Positions 9,420-19,458 are shown, numbered from the stretch's first letter. The stretch: DNA of 56,188 nucleotides from Alphaproteobacteria bacterium (GCA_018063245.1 JAGPBS010000002.1:1-56188), one strand, 5' to 3'. A program made the numbers and translations. The notes: generated by a model not told the origin, from the letters alone.

Positions 9420-10451
9420 ATGGAAAAAGTGCCGAAATATATAGCAAAATATCATCCGCTTTATGGGTTCGAGCGCATCATGATTGGCATTGGGATCTTT
9501 CTACTCTTCCAAGTCTTTTTTGCTTTTTTTAATAATATCAGCGCTTATTCTCTGTTCAGATCGCCCGTCATGAGCGCTTTAAAATATTTGGTGCTCTATG
9601 ATACGCTTTTGGTTTTAACAGGCTATGCGGTGCTGATTGCGTTTTTTTCCAAAAGTGCATTGTTTTTGAGAGTTTACTTGGCTTATTGTGCTTTGATTCT
9701 GGTTCGTTTTTTATTTATTTTGTTGATTGGAAAATACCATATGCTCGTTATTTATTTTCCTTTTTCAGATCTTTCCCTTGTTTTAGAAGGGCTGTGTTTA
9801 GCGATTGCGCCTTATCTCTTTATATCAAAAAGAGCAGAGATTACTTTTGCGCGTGAAATGAATAAAGAAGATCTTATTATTATTCAAGACCGTATGAAAG
9901 TGATTCAAGATATTACAAATGATGCCAAAGAAGATCAAGAGGCTGAGCCTGAAAAACCTTTCCGGAAAGGACAAAAACAGAAGTTGACCTACATTCAGAG
10001 GATTGAAAAAGATGATTATCCAGTAAAGCAACGAGGGCATTTCTCAGATTCGCCCTTTGATTATATTCCAAAGCATTACGAGTCTGACCATTATGCAATG
10101 GTTGAAAAGCCAGGTCCATCTAAGGTTCGTAAAAAAGGCAAAGATATTCTCGAGGGAGCTGATAAAAAAGCCAAGACTTTAAAAGAAGCCTCCATTCATA
10201 AAATGAAATCAGGAGAATCTGATTTATCAAAGGCTGTTGCGCGCAGTCGAAAGCCACGTAAATTTCATGATCATGACTTAACGCATCAAGAAGAAAGAGC
10301 AAAGCGGAGCGGTCGCTATCCTGCGCAATTTATGCATGGAAAACAAAAAGTGACAGATGGAGTGAGATATAAGCCAGGCGATAAAACATTACGGATTTAT
10401 ATCGAGCGCATTAAAACAAGAACAGTAACACCGGATGTTACAAAAAAATAA
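9420..10451 (+). CDS. hypothetical membrane protein (about 4 N-terminal TM helices, long Lys/Arg-rich C-terminal tail)
   Basis: Long ORF. Hydrophobic segments fall in aa 20-135, followed by a ~200-aa basic, low-complexity region. No family recognised. ATG at 9420 follows an in-frame TTG at 9417. Confidence 0.55.
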   Translation: MEKVPKYIAKYHPLYGFERIMIGIGIFLLFQVFFAFFNNISAYSLFRSPVMSALKYLVLYDTLLVLTGYAVLIAFFSKSALFLRVYLAYCALILVRFLFILLIGKYHMLVIYFPFSDLSLVLEGLCLAIAPYLFISKRAEITFAREMNKEDLIIIQDRMKVIQDITNDAKEDQEAEPEKPFRKGQKQKLTYIQRIEKDDYPVKQRGHFSDSPFDYIPKHYESDHYAMVEKPGPSKVRKKGKDILEGADKKAKTLKEASIHKMKSGESDLSKAVARSRKPRKFHDHDLTHQEERAKRSGRYPAQFMHGKQKVTDGVRYKPGDKTLRIYIERIKTRTVTPDVTKK

Positions 10452-10536
10452 TACTAAGTTTTATTTTATACTATTGTCTTTTAAGGCATGATGATTTACA
10501 AATACTTTAAGGTCATGATTGAGCAAGGAGTATGAG

Positions 10537-11472
10537 ATGTCAGCTGTTGAATTGTTAAGCCTGAATGGACAGGAAGATCATCAAGATTTTAGGTCAATTG
10601 ATATAGGGCCATTCTCAGCGATTCCAGGTGTTCAATGCGTCGCAGTAGAAACAATCCCGCAATTAAGAAGGGCCCCTGCGGTATTAGCTCATGATGAAGA
10701 AAGCGTGCAAGATCTTTTAGCGCGTGAGGTAGCTCCTCTTCCAGAGCAATTTTATGAGATGCGCGTTTGGACGAATGAAGCCCTAGGGGCTTTGAAGGAA
10801 AAGATTGCGGAGATGGCAGAAGATGAGGTCCTCCCGCTCAGAGCTTTTGAATCACGCACTATTGTGATGCGTGTTGATTTTCAAAAGATCATTGCAAAAA
10901 TGCCTTATCTTGAAATTTTAACTTTGCCTGTGTCACATATGCCAGATGATTTTGTGCAAATGCTGAAGGAGGTTGTTAATGCTCCTTATACAAAAGGCAT
11001 TCATTTTATTGCCCTTTCTTTAAAATGGTATCAGTGCCACTCGACTTATTATCATTATTTACCCAAAGAGCAGATAGATTATTTTCAGGCTTTCGCTAAA
11101 TATTGTGCGGGGCAATCTGTTGATCTGTCTTATGCCGGTAAAAGAATAGCCTGGGTGACACCGCCAGAAAAAGCTATAAAATGTTTGTTGTGGGTTCTGT
11201 TTACAATCTTTTGTGTTACATTTGCTGTATGTACATTTGGTCCAATGATTTTTGATAGTTTTGAAGATAGCGAAGTTCATACGCTTGATGAGTATTTAGC
11301 AGAGCTTAAATATAAAAAAATTGCTTTTTGGTTGGCCGTTTTATCACCAATTGGCGTCATACTGACAATATCTATACTGGCAGGCGCAGAGCAGATTCGT
11401 AGAAAACCAAGGTATGAAAAGCTAGATGGAGCGCCTTATGAGGTGCCACAAATTGAAGAGGGGACGGTTTAA
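10537..11472 (+). CDS. hypothetical protein with two C-terminal TM helices
   Basis: AAGGAG at 10525-10530 sits 6 nt before ATG 10537. The TM helices are CLLWVLFTIFCVTFAVCTFGPMIF and IAFWLAVLSPIGVILTISILAGA, about 25 aa apart. No family recognised. Confidence 0.55.
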   Translation: MSAVELLSLNGQEDHQDFRSIDIGPFSAIPGVQCVAVETIPQLRRAPAVLAHDEESVQDLLAREVAPLPEQFYEMRVWTNEALGALKEKIAEMAEDEVLPLRAFESRTIVMRVDFQKIIAKMPYLEILTLPVSHMPDDFVQMLKEVVNAPYTKGIHFIALSLKWYQCHSTYYHYLPKEQIDYFQAFAKYCAGQSVDLSYAGKRIAWVTPPEKAIKCLLWVLFTIFCVTFAVCTFGPMIFDSFEDSEVHTLDEYLAELKYKKIAFWLAVLSPIGVILTISILAGAEQIRRKPRYEKLDGAPYEVPQIEEGTV

Positions 11473-11659
11473 TAAAGGCTCTTACACAAAATAAGGTGCT
11501 TAGCTATAGCTGAATTAATTGTATACACAGGTTTAAAATTTGTCGGCATGATATAAGCTTGTTATCAGCATTTGTTGTATTTTATTATGCCGATAAAATG
11601 CGTATAAATTAAGAGTAAATTTTGGAGAAGTTCTGAAGCTCTTGTTAACTATAGCTTTA

Positions 11660-12397
11660 TCATTTTATAGCAATATGCTCTGGAATTGTTTCTAAATCAC
11701 TTTTGGTAATGTATGGACAATCTGTGAGATGGATTTCTGTGAGCTTAGGGGCTGCGCGGATTAGATCATGAATATCACTTATTTTTATCTTTAGAGTGCC
11801 GAGTCTAGCTGTTTTCAAGGCTGAAAGAGAGTCTGGTTTTAGTTCAGAGAAAACACCTTCAGTAATCTTTTGACAAGCCCAGAGATCGATGTGGATTAAA
11901 TGGGGCGCTGCTTGTAAAAGAGTTTGAATATCTTTATTCGTAACAAGTGTGAAAGAGAGATCAACCTTTTTAAGCGTTGTGAAGAGGTGTCTTGGTAACT
12001 TCACGAGTGTTCCAGATTTGATGTTTTCACAATGCCAGATATCGAGTCCCTTTAAGAGAGGCATAGCCCTGAGGAGTTTTTCGAGATCAGCGCCTTCAAT
12101 ATTCGTCCAACTCATGTCAATTTCTTCGATATAGAGGAGTCTTTCCTTGTTGGCATTGAGGTGATAAGCAAGATCATTGCGACTATCTATTCTGACAGAG
12201 GACTTGGTTTTAAATGGACCGGTAACAGGATTTGATTTTCTCTTTGTAACGGGTTTTTCAAGCGTGTTTGACATCTTTCTTGAGTATCTGGGTGATCGTA
12301 CATCCACCTTCATGATTTTTTCGGTGAACACGAGAGGTGAGGGTACTGCTGCGTTTTCAGTTTTTAGCCCGGTGAGGTTTTCGACTGGTTTTGGCAT
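11660..12397 (-). CDS. leucine-rich repeat protein, cysteine-containing (FBXL/AMN1-like) LRR subtype
   Basis: Four to five ~25-aa repeats of the form LxxLDLxxCxxITxxxLxxL, for example LIHIDLWACQKITEGVFSEL and LTEIHLTDCPYITKSDLETI. They follow a ~100-aa Ser/Lys/Pro-rich, probably disordered N-terminus. Confidence 0.75.
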   Translation of the reverse strand: MPKPVENLTGLKTENAAVPSPLVFTEKIMKVDVRSPRYSRKMSNTLEKPVTKRKSNPVTGPFKTKSSVRIDSRNDLAYHLNANKERLLYIEEIDMSWTNIEGADLEKLLRAMPLLKGLDIWHCENIKSGTLVKLPRHLFTTLKKVDLSFTLVTNKDIQTLLQAAPHLIHIDLWACQKITEGVFSELKPDSLSALKTARLGTLKIKISDIHDLIRAAPKLTEIHLTDCPYITKSDLETIPEHIAIK

Positions 12398-12423
12398 GAT
12401 TCTCTCCTAACCATTGTTTGGCT

Positions 12424-13068
12424 CTATTGTTGGGGCTTTGTGAAGCGGAAGATTGAATCATTAAAGCTGACATTGTAATGCGGATCTAAGAGATTCACGG
12501 TTGTGAGTTTGCCCATCAGATCTTCAACGGTCCATTGTTTGAGTGTGAAATTTGTCTTATCCAAAAAGAGAGAGAAAGTTCCTTGGTCTTGGTTCTCGCT
12601 GTCTGTAAGGCAAACTTTGTAGAGCTGCCCCTTTGTTTCAAAACCACACAGTTTGAGTCTTTCACCAAATCTGATCTCTTTGCGTAAGATGATATCCGCA
12701 AGACTTGAGCCAATGGTTGTATGGCTTTGCTGTTGCATTTCATCATCCCAATAGACCAGAAAAGTGCCGGTCGCAACAATAAAATTTTTGATTGGCGGAT
12801 CATATTCAATACGCATTTTGCCAGGACGAGAGAGATAGAAAGTGCCCATAACTTCACTGCCATCAGCATTTGTTTGTTTGAATCTGCTTTGTAATGTTGT
12901 GATCTGGTTGAGCTTGGCTTCGATCTGTTTTAAAGTCGCTTGCTCTGATTTGGTGAACATATAGACATCAGCATTCAGATCTCTGTCATTTGATTGACTT
13001 GCGGCAATTGCAGGAAGATTGCCAAGGGTAAGACAGAAGAGAAGGGCGGCTGTGATTAATTTTTTCAT
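12424..13068 (-). CDS. lolA: outer-membrane lipoprotein carrier protein LolA
   Basis: Signal peptide, then RFKQTNADGSEVMGTFYLSRPGKMRIEYDPP, typical of LolA. Conserved position immediately downstream of ftsK. Confidence 0.8.
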   Translation of the reverse strand: MKKLITAALLFCLTLGNLPAIAASQSNDRDLNADVYMFTKSEQATLKQIEAKLNQITTLQSRFKQTNADGSEVMGTFYLSRPGKMRIEYDPPIKNFIVATGTFLVYWDDEMQQQSHTTIGSSLADIILRKEIRFGERLKLCGFETKGQLYKVCLTDSENQDQGTFSLFLDKTNFTLKQWTVEDLMGKLTTVNLLDPHYNVSFNDSIFRFTKPQQ

Positions 13069-13095
13069 GTGATGATCTCCTAAAAATAGAAATGG

Positions 13096-15564
13096 TTAAT
13101 CTGAAATAAGAACTTCGCGCTTGCCAACGTGATTGGCTGAGCTGATAACGCCATCTGCTTCCATCTTATCAATGAGAGAAGCAGCTCTATTATAGCCAAT
13201 TCGGAGGTGTCTTTGAACGAAACTTGTTGAGGCTTTCTTTTCACGTTTCACAATAGCGATTGCTTGTTGATAGAGAGCATTGTCATCATTGCTATTGTCA
13301 AAGCCAGCAAAGATCGCATCAGAGAAGGATGAGCCTCCACTGTTTCCAGCGCCTGACATCGCATTATCAGGTTCTTCTGTAACAGCATCTTCATATTGCG
13401 GCGAGCCTTGTGCTTTCAAGAATTTCACAACTTCTTCTACTTCACGGTCGCTTACAAATGGTCCGTGGACACGGATCAAGCGACCACCGCCTGGGGTGTA
13501 AAGCATATCGCCTTGTCCAAGAAGCTGCTCTGCTCCCTGTTCACCTAAAATGGTGCGAGAGTCAATTTTAGATGTTACATAAAAGCTGATACGTGTTGGG
13601 AAGTTTGCTTTAATTGTACCGGTGATGACATCAACGGATGGTCGTTGGGTTGCTGTGATAATGTGAATCCCTGCAGCACGTGCCATTTGCGCAAGGCGCT
13701 GAATGGTTGCTTCAATTTCTTTACCAGCAACAAGCATCAAGTCAGCCATTTCATCAACAATCACGACGATGTATGGCAGTTCGTTGAGGCTGATCGGTTG
13801 TTCTTCAAAGATTGGTTTGCCTGTATCTGGATCAAAGCCTGTTTGAATGCGGTTGGTTAGGATTTCATTGCGCTCACGGGCAAGGCGAAGTCTCTCATTA
13901 TAACCTTCAATGTTTCGAACACCAACACGAGACATAGCACGATACCTGTCTTCCATTTCTCTGACGGCCCATTTGAGCGCCATGATTGCTTTTTTAGGAT
14001 CTGTCACAACAGGAGAAAGTAAATGCGGGATACCATCATAGACCGATAGTTCAAGCATTTTTGGATCGATCATGATGAAGCGGCATTTCTCGGGCGGATG
14101 ACGAAAGAGCAGTGAGAGAATCATTGTATTGATACCAACAGATTTACCGGAACCTGTCGTCCCCGCAATCAAAAGGTGAGGCATTTTAGCAAGGTCAGCA
14201 ATGATCGGCTGGCCACTGATGTTTTTTCCTAAGACTAGGCCGAGCTTTTGGTGGCTTTGACGATATTCATGTGATTCCATCATTTGACGCATATAGACAG
14301 TTTCACGTGTTTGATTTGGGAGCTCGATCCCTAAGGCATTTTCACCAGCAACAACTGAAATACGAACGGAAGTTGCGCCCATGGTGCGTGCAATGTCATC
14401 AGACAGACTAATGATACGTGATGATTTTGTACCAGGAGCAGGCTCAAACTCATAAAGCGTAATGACAGGGCCAGGGCTTACTTTTTTGATTTGACCTTGG
14501 ATGCTGAAGTCATAGAGAACTTTTTCGAGTTCACGCGCCTTGTCTTGAAGCTCAGCCTCTGAGAGCATGCCCTCTTTGTTGTGTCGAATAGGAGCTTCCT
14601 GCAAAAGACTTAAAGGAGGTAGTTCATACTCAGATGACACTTGATCATCAAAATGGAAACTGGTTTGAACAGGCGGTGCAGCTTTTGCCTTTGGTGCTTG
14701 CTCAACAGGGATTGATTTTGCCCGGGCTTGTGGGGGAGCAGGTTCCATGGGTCTTTCTGCCATCAGAGGTTTGCGGCCTTGTGAGATTGGCTCGAAGTAA
14801 GGCATAGAACGTTCTGGGTAAGAGGATCTCTCTTCATCTTGCGGTGTGAGAATCGAGCTTTTAAATTGTGGCATGACTTCTTTCAAAACGCCTGTTGCAG
14901 AAGAAACACGGTCAGTGACTTGTGATTTAAATCTGAAAAGGTGTGTTGCCAAGATGCCAATTTTGTTCATCCAGATGAGGATCATATTTCCCCATTGCTT
15001 GTAAGTTAAAGCGGATGCGTGAATGAAAAGAGAAAATCCGATGAAGAGAACGATCATCTGCATGAGGAGTAGATTAGGATCTGTTTTGATTTTATTGACT
15101 TGAAAGACCATTTCTTCGAATAGAACTGATCCGATCATACCACCATTAGAGAGATTGTCAGGTAACAAGGAAGATTTCCAGGGGTAAAAGGCGCTAGACA
15201 GAAAGAGAAATGCAAAAAGGAAAGAGATCAATCTTCTCTTTGTAAAATCCTTAAAGTGCCAGTCTTCAAAGTCTGCAACCCAAAGTTGCCAAGACCAAGT
15301 GAGTATGAGAATGACAAAAAGGTAAGAAGCAAAGCCAATATACTGTAGCATTACGTCACTCAAAAGAGCACCAGGCCAGCCCATTAGATTGTGGATAAAG
15401 GGATCTACAATTTGTGAGTTTGCTGTACTAAAAGAAGGGTCATCGGCATTGTATGAGTAAAAAGATAAAATTAAAAAGGCAGATAGGCTAAAAAGAGCCA
15501 AGGAAATGCTTTTTTGAACAAAACGAGATTTTAGAAAGGACAGATGAAATGACATGGGACTCAA
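13096..15564 (-). CDS. ftsK: DNA translocase FtsK
   Basis: 822 aa with N-terminal TM helices and a Pro-rich linker. Walker A is LLIAGTTGSGKSVGIN. The gamma domain is SFVQRHLRIGYNRAASLIDKMEADGVIS. The start is TTG 15564 or ATG 15555. Confidence 0.97.
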   Translation of the reverse strand: MSPMSFHLSFLKSRFVQKSISLALFSLSAFLILSFYSYNADDPSFSTANSQIVDPFIHNLMGWPGALLSDVMLQYIGFASYLFVILILTWSWQLWVADFEDWHFKDFTKRRLISFLFAFLFLSSAFYPWKSSLLPDNLSNGGMIGSVLFEEMVFQVNKIKTDPNLLLMQMIVLFIGFSLFIHASALTYKQWGNMILIWMNKIGILATHLFRFKSQVTDRVSSATGVLKEVMPQFKSSILTPQDEERSSYPERSMPYFEPISQGRKPLMAERPMEPAPPQARAKSIPVEQAPKAKAAPPVQTSFHFDDQVSSEYELPPLSLLQEAPIRHNKEGMLSEAELQDKARELEKVLYDFSIQGQIKKVSPGPVITLYEFEPAPGTKSSRIISLSDDIARTMGATSVRISVVAGENALGIELPNQTRETVYMRQMMESHEYRQSHQKLGLVLGKNISGQPIIADLAKMPHLLIAGTTGSGKSVGINTMILSLLFRHPPEKCRFIMIDPKMLELSVYDGIPHLLSPVVTDPKKAIMALKWAVREMEDRYRAMSRVGVRNIEGYNERLRLARERNEILTNRIQTGFDPDTGKPIFEEQPISLNELPYIVVIVDEMADLMLVAGKEIEATIQRLAQMARAAGIHIITATQRPSVDVITGTIKANFPTRISFYVTSKIDSRTILGEQGAEQLLGQGDMLYTPGGGRLIRVHGPFVSDREVEEVVKFLKAQGSPQYEDAVTEEPDNAMSGAGNSGGSSFSDAIFAGFDNSNDDNALYQQAIAIVKREKKASTSFVQRHLRIGYNRAASLIDKMEADGVISSANHVGKREVLISD

Positions 15565-15616
15565 AAATTGGTTAGTTTTGATGGTTTGATGACATTGAGC
15601 AGAACCATTTCCCTAT

Positions 15617-16849
15617 TTATAATAGATTCTTAAGGTTTTCGCAAACATATTCAGTGATCTTTAAATCATGAACAAGAGCGATACGGATGTAGGAGTTTCC
15701 AATATTGTGACCATTTGTATCGGGTCTGGTTATGTAATTGCCAGGCAAGACTTTGATTTTATGATTCTGCCATAATTGCTTGGTGATGGCCTCTGCATCG
15801 GGGACTTCAAGCCAGATGAAAAAACCGCCATCAGGTCTTTTGTAATCTATCTTTTCCCCGAGAATTTGTTCAGCAAGATCAAATTTTTCCTGATAGAGTC
15901 TGCGATTTTCTTGAACATGCTCATCATCAAGCCAAAGGGCCGCAGAAGCTTTCATCAAAGGTAAGGGCATGCCAGCATGTCCATAACGACGAAGCTTGGC
16001 AAAGGGAGCAATTAAATTAGGATCTCCACATACAAAACCTGATCTCAGTCCAGGTGCACTTGATCTTTTAGAGAGTGAATGAAAAACAAGTAAGTTTGCG
16101 AAGCAATCTGTATAATCATCGGCTTGATTGAGTTCTATTGCAGCTTGAAGAGCGCTTACGGGAGAAATTTCATTATAAAGCTCATTGTAACATTCATCAG
16201 AGACAAGAATGAATCGATACTCTCTGGCGAGTTTAAGAAGCTTCATGAGATAGAGCAGATCTGCAGCCTTCCCCTGAGGGTTTGAAGGTGTGCAAATATA
16301 GAAAATAACGGTTTTTTCAAGAATATCAACGGGAATAGCATCTAGATTGGGTAGAAAATCATTTTCTTTGGTGGTTGGCAAAAAGTAAGGTTGAATCCCT
16401 GCAAGCTTAGAGGCGGCCTCATAGACGGTGTAGAATGGGTTTGGCATAAGAGCATAAGTGTCGCCCTTTGATTTTTTGACGCCTGCAGCCAGTTGAGCCG
16501 CTAGAAAAAGTCCCTCTCTTGTACCGCTGACTGGTAAGATCATATTTTTGAGCTTGATGATATTTTCATCGAATCCAAAGTGGCGATCAAGATAGGTTTT
16601 GATGCTTTCTTGAAATTCATCTGTGCCTTCAACGGGAGGATATTTTCCCCAAAGATGAGAGGCTTTTTGAATAGCTATATTGATGAGTTCAGGAGGGGTA
16701 TGACGCGGCTCACCAATCGATACATCAACCATATCACCAAGGGTGAAATTAACAGGTTTGGGATCAATCGGGGCGAGTAATTGTCTGAGGCGCTCAAAAG
16801 GATAATCTTTTAAAGATTCAATTGTGGGAGAGATGAGTGCCGTTGTCAT
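15617..16849 (-). CDS. PLP-dependent class I/II aminotransferase (succinyldiaminopimelate-aminotransferase DapC-like)
   Basis: 410 aa. The PLP-lysine motif SLSKRSSAPGLRSGF and overall layout resemble the proteobacterial DapC-type subgroup. Substrate is not determinable from sequence alone. Confidence 0.8.
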   Translation of the reverse strand: MTTALISPTIESLKDYPFERLRQLLAPIDPKPVNFTLGDMVDVSIGEPRHTPPELINIAIQKASHLWGKYPPVEGTDEFQESIKTYLDRHFGFDENIIKLKNMILPVSGTREGLFLAAQLAAGVKKSKGDTYALMPNPFYTVYEAASKLAGIQPYFLPTTKENDFLPNLDAIPVDILEKTVIFYICTPSNPQGKAADLLYLMKLLKLAREYRFILVSDECYNELYNEISPVSALQAAIELNQADDYTDCFANLLVFHSLSKRSSAPGLRSGFVCGDPNLIAPFAKLRRYGHAGMPLPLMKASAALWLDDEHVQENRRLYQEKFDLAEQILGEKIDYKRPDGGFFIWLEVPDAEAITKQLWQNHKIKVLPGNYITRPDTNGHNIGNSYIRIALVHDLKITEYVCENLKNLL

Positions 16850-16941
16850 GAGAATTTCCTTTCAAAACAAGATATATTATAGTGAACTCTATTTTGGAAA
16901 AAAAGAGTAAAGAGTTAGAAATGTGAGGGTCTATGTCATTT

Positions 16942-17006
16942 AGCAATTTAAATTGCTCTTTTATGTAAGTTATGTTAAATTGAAAGTCACACTTTCAATT
17001 TAACAT
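16942..17006. promoter_or_regulatory. two perfect palindromes in the divergent promoter region
   Basis: AGCAATTTAAATTGCT (16942-16957) and ATGTTAAATTGAAAGT-CAC-ACTTTCAATTTAACAT (16972-17006, 16-bp arms). The second ends 5-8 nt before the ATPase start codon. Confidence 0.4.
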
Positions 17007-17014
17007 GGTGTTTG

Positions 17015-18196
17015 ATGTTTATACGCGATATAACAACTATACTTAAGCGATTAGTGACTCTTTTTCCAATTATAGGCATAACTGGCCCTAGACAATCTGG
17101 GAAGACGACACTGGCAAAATTATTGTTTCCGGATTTGCCTTATGTATCTCTAGAAAATTTAGATATTAGAATGCAAGCAGAAGGAGATCCAAGAGCTTTT
17201 TTAAAGCTATATCAAAATGGAGCTATTTTTGATGAAGTCCAACATGTGCCTTCGCTATTATCTTACTTGCAGGGGATTGTAGACGAGGATCCTCGAAAAG
17301 GACGCTTTGTGATTACAGGGTCTCAGAATTTTGCTTTGAGTTCAGCTATTTCTCAAACTCTATCTGGACGGATTGGTATGTTGACATTGTTACCTTTGAG
17401 TCTTCATGAGATTGGTCAAAATTTAGAGCCTCATGTAGCAATTTTTAAAGGTGGGTACCCAGGACTTCATCAATCAAAAATGCATTCATTAGACTTTTAT
17501 CCAAGTTACATTCAAACCTATATTGAACGCGATGTTAGGCAGTTGAAAAAAATTGAAAACTTGGGACGTTTCCAGAATTTCTTAAAATTATGTGCAGGAC
17601 GTGTTGGTCAGCTTGTCAATTTTTCGTCTTTGGCCCAAGACGCCGGTATCTCGCACGTAACTGCTAGAGAATGGCTCACAATTCTTGAGGCGAGTTATAT
17701 CGTTTTTACTTTACAGCCATTTCATCAAAATTTTAACAAGCGATTGATCAAAATGCCCAAGCTTTATTTTTATGATACAGGTTTGGCTTGTATACTATTG
17801 GGGCTTGAAAATGAAGATCAGATTAAGACTCACTATTTGAAGGGAGCTCTTTTTGAGAATTTAATGATTCTCGAAGTTTTAAAAGGAAGAATGAACCAGG
17901 GATTGCCTTCAAATCTTTATTTTTGGCGAGATCAGACTGGACATGAGGTTGATTTGATTGGAGAGTGGGGAGGCCTCATTCACGCTATTGAGATTAAATA
18001 TGGCGAGACTTTTCAAGAGGGCTACATTAAGAACTTGAAATATTTTATACGACTTTGCGAAGAACAAAGAAAGGGATCCGCAGCGGGGTATCTTGTTTAT
18101 AGCGGTGCTCAAGAGGGGCAATATTCAGATGTTCATTTAACGCCATTTACTAAAATATGTCAGAACATAATACAAGAATTACGAACAGGAGCATAA
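17015..18196 (+). CDS. AAA-family ATPase with DUF4143-type C-terminal domain (COG1373-like)
   Basis: Walker A is GITGPRQSGKTTLAK and Walker B-like is IFDEVQ. The C-terminal YFWRDQTGHEVDLI pattern is typical of the AAA_14/DUF4143 family. Confidence 0.8.
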   Translation: MFIRDITTILKRLVTLFPIIGITGPRQSGKTTLAKLLFPDLPYVSLENLDIRMQAEGDPRAFLKLYQNGAIFDEVQHVPSLLSYLQGIVDEDPRKGRFVITGSQNFALSSAISQTLSGRIGMLTLLPLSLHEIGQNLEPHVAIFKGGYPGLHQSKMHSLDFYPSYIQTYIERDVRQLKKIENLGRFQNFLKLCAGRVGQLVNFSSLAQDAGISHVTAREWLTILEASYIVFTLQPFHQNFNKRLIKMPKLYFYDTGLACILLGLENEDQIKTHYLKGALFENLMILEVLKGRMNQGLPSNLYFWRDQTGHEVDLIGEWGGLIHAIEIKYGETFQEGYIKNLKYFIRLCEEQRKGSAAGYLVYSGAQEGQYSDVHLTPFTKICQNIIQELRTGA

Positions 18197-18201
18197 GGCA
18201 A

Positions 18202-19419
18202 ATGAATCAATCAGATAAAGTTGATGTTATTGTTGTGGGTGCAGGACATTCAGGTCTCACAATGGCCTATATTCTTGGCCTATATGGTCTATCTGTTGCG
18301 GTGATTGATCAAGGCACTTTAGCAATGAAAAAGCAGCAAGATCAAGACCGCAGAACAACGGCTCTATCTTATTCAACGATGCAATTATATGAAGCTATTG
18401 GTTTGGCAGATAGTCTTAAAAAAAAATCTTGCCCAATTTTAGATATTCGCGTGTCTGATAAAAATTCATTTTTCTATGTTCATTTTGATCATGAGCAACG
18501 TGGGAAAGGTCCAATGGGTTGGATTACTGAAAATGTTGTGCTGAGTCGTGAGTTGATTGATCGGCTTGTTTTGCTGGACAACATACGTGTGATTGAAAAT
18601 GCCAGTATTGAATCTATTGAAACAGATACGGCAGGGGCTGCTGTTCATTTGAAATCAGGTGCGCGTGTTAAAGGATCGCTCTTGATTGGTGCAGATGGTA
18701 AAAATTCTTATTGTCGCAAAGCTGCAAAAATCGGAGTTCAAGACTATAAATATGATCAAAAAGCGCTGATTTGTACAATCAAACATACAAAACCACATCA
18801 TAATTATGCTGTTGAATATTTTTTCCCCAATGGGCCATTTGCCTTATTGCCAATGTGCAATAATCGCATGTCAGTTGTTTGGGCAGAGCCATCAGTCCTT
18901 GCGGATGATTATGTGAAAAGAAGCCCAGAGCAAATTTTAGGTCTTTTATCTCAAAAAATCACCATGGATTTAGGAGAGATATCAATCGAAGGCAAGGTTG
19001 CTTCTTATCCTCTGTCCTTATCTTTTGCAGAAACTTATGTTGCCCCATCGCTTGCTTTGATCGGGGATGCTGCCCATGGTGTTCATCCTCTTGCAGGACA
19101 GGGATTTAACTTGGGTGTTCGGGATGTTGCTGTTTTAGCGGAAGAGATTGTGAAAGCAAAAAGACTGGGTTTGCATATTGGAAGTTTAAATGTGTTAGAG
19201 ACATTCGAGCAAGCACGGCGCTTTGATAATGGTGTGATGATTTTTGCAACTGATTTCCTGAATCGTTTGTTTTCGAATCAAAATTCAGTTTTGCGACGCA
19301 TCAGAAATATTGGCTTTTGGGCTGTTGAAAGAACGCAAGTTGCGCATCAATTCTTTATGGCAGAGGCTATGGGTGATTTTGGTTCTTTGCCATTGCTATT
19401 GCAGGGCAAATCACTTTAA
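18202..19419 (+). CDS. UbiH/UbiF/VisC/COQ6-family FAD-dependent ubiquinone-biosynthesis hydroxylase
   Basis: FAD dinucleotide fold VDVIVVGAGHSGLTMAYIL and GDAAHGVHPLAGQGFNLGVRDV. ATG 18202 is preferred over 18157, which overlaps the upstream gene. Confidence 0.85.
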   Translation: MNQSDKVDVIVVGAGHSGLTMAYILGLYGLSVAVIDQGTLAMKKQQDQDRRTTALSYSTMQLYEAIGLADSLKKKSCPILDIRVSDKNSFFYVHFDHEQRGKGPMGWITENVVLSRELIDRLVLLDNIRVIENASIESIETDTAGAAVHLKSGARVKGSLLIGADGKNSYCRKAAKIGVQDYKYDQKALICTIKHTKPHHNYAVEYFFPNGPFALLPMCNNRMSVVWAEPSVLADDYVKRSPEQILGLLSQKITMDLGEISIEGKVASYPLSLSFAETYVAPSLALIGDAAHGVHPLAGQGFNLGVRDVAVLAEEIVKAKRLGLHIGSLNVLETFEQARRFDNGVMIFATDFLNRLFSNQNSVLRRIRNIGFWAVERTQVAHQFFMAEAMGDFGSLPLLLQGKSL

Positions 19420-19458
19420 AATGATCTTCATGAACTGAGACCGATGCATAGTTTCAAT

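Noticed and set aside
18157-18201. Upstream start for the UbiH-family gene, overlapping the ATPase gene by 40 nt
   Set aside because: The FAD-binding fold begins right after ATG 18202 (MNQSDKVDVIVVGAG), so the extension adds non-homologous residues.
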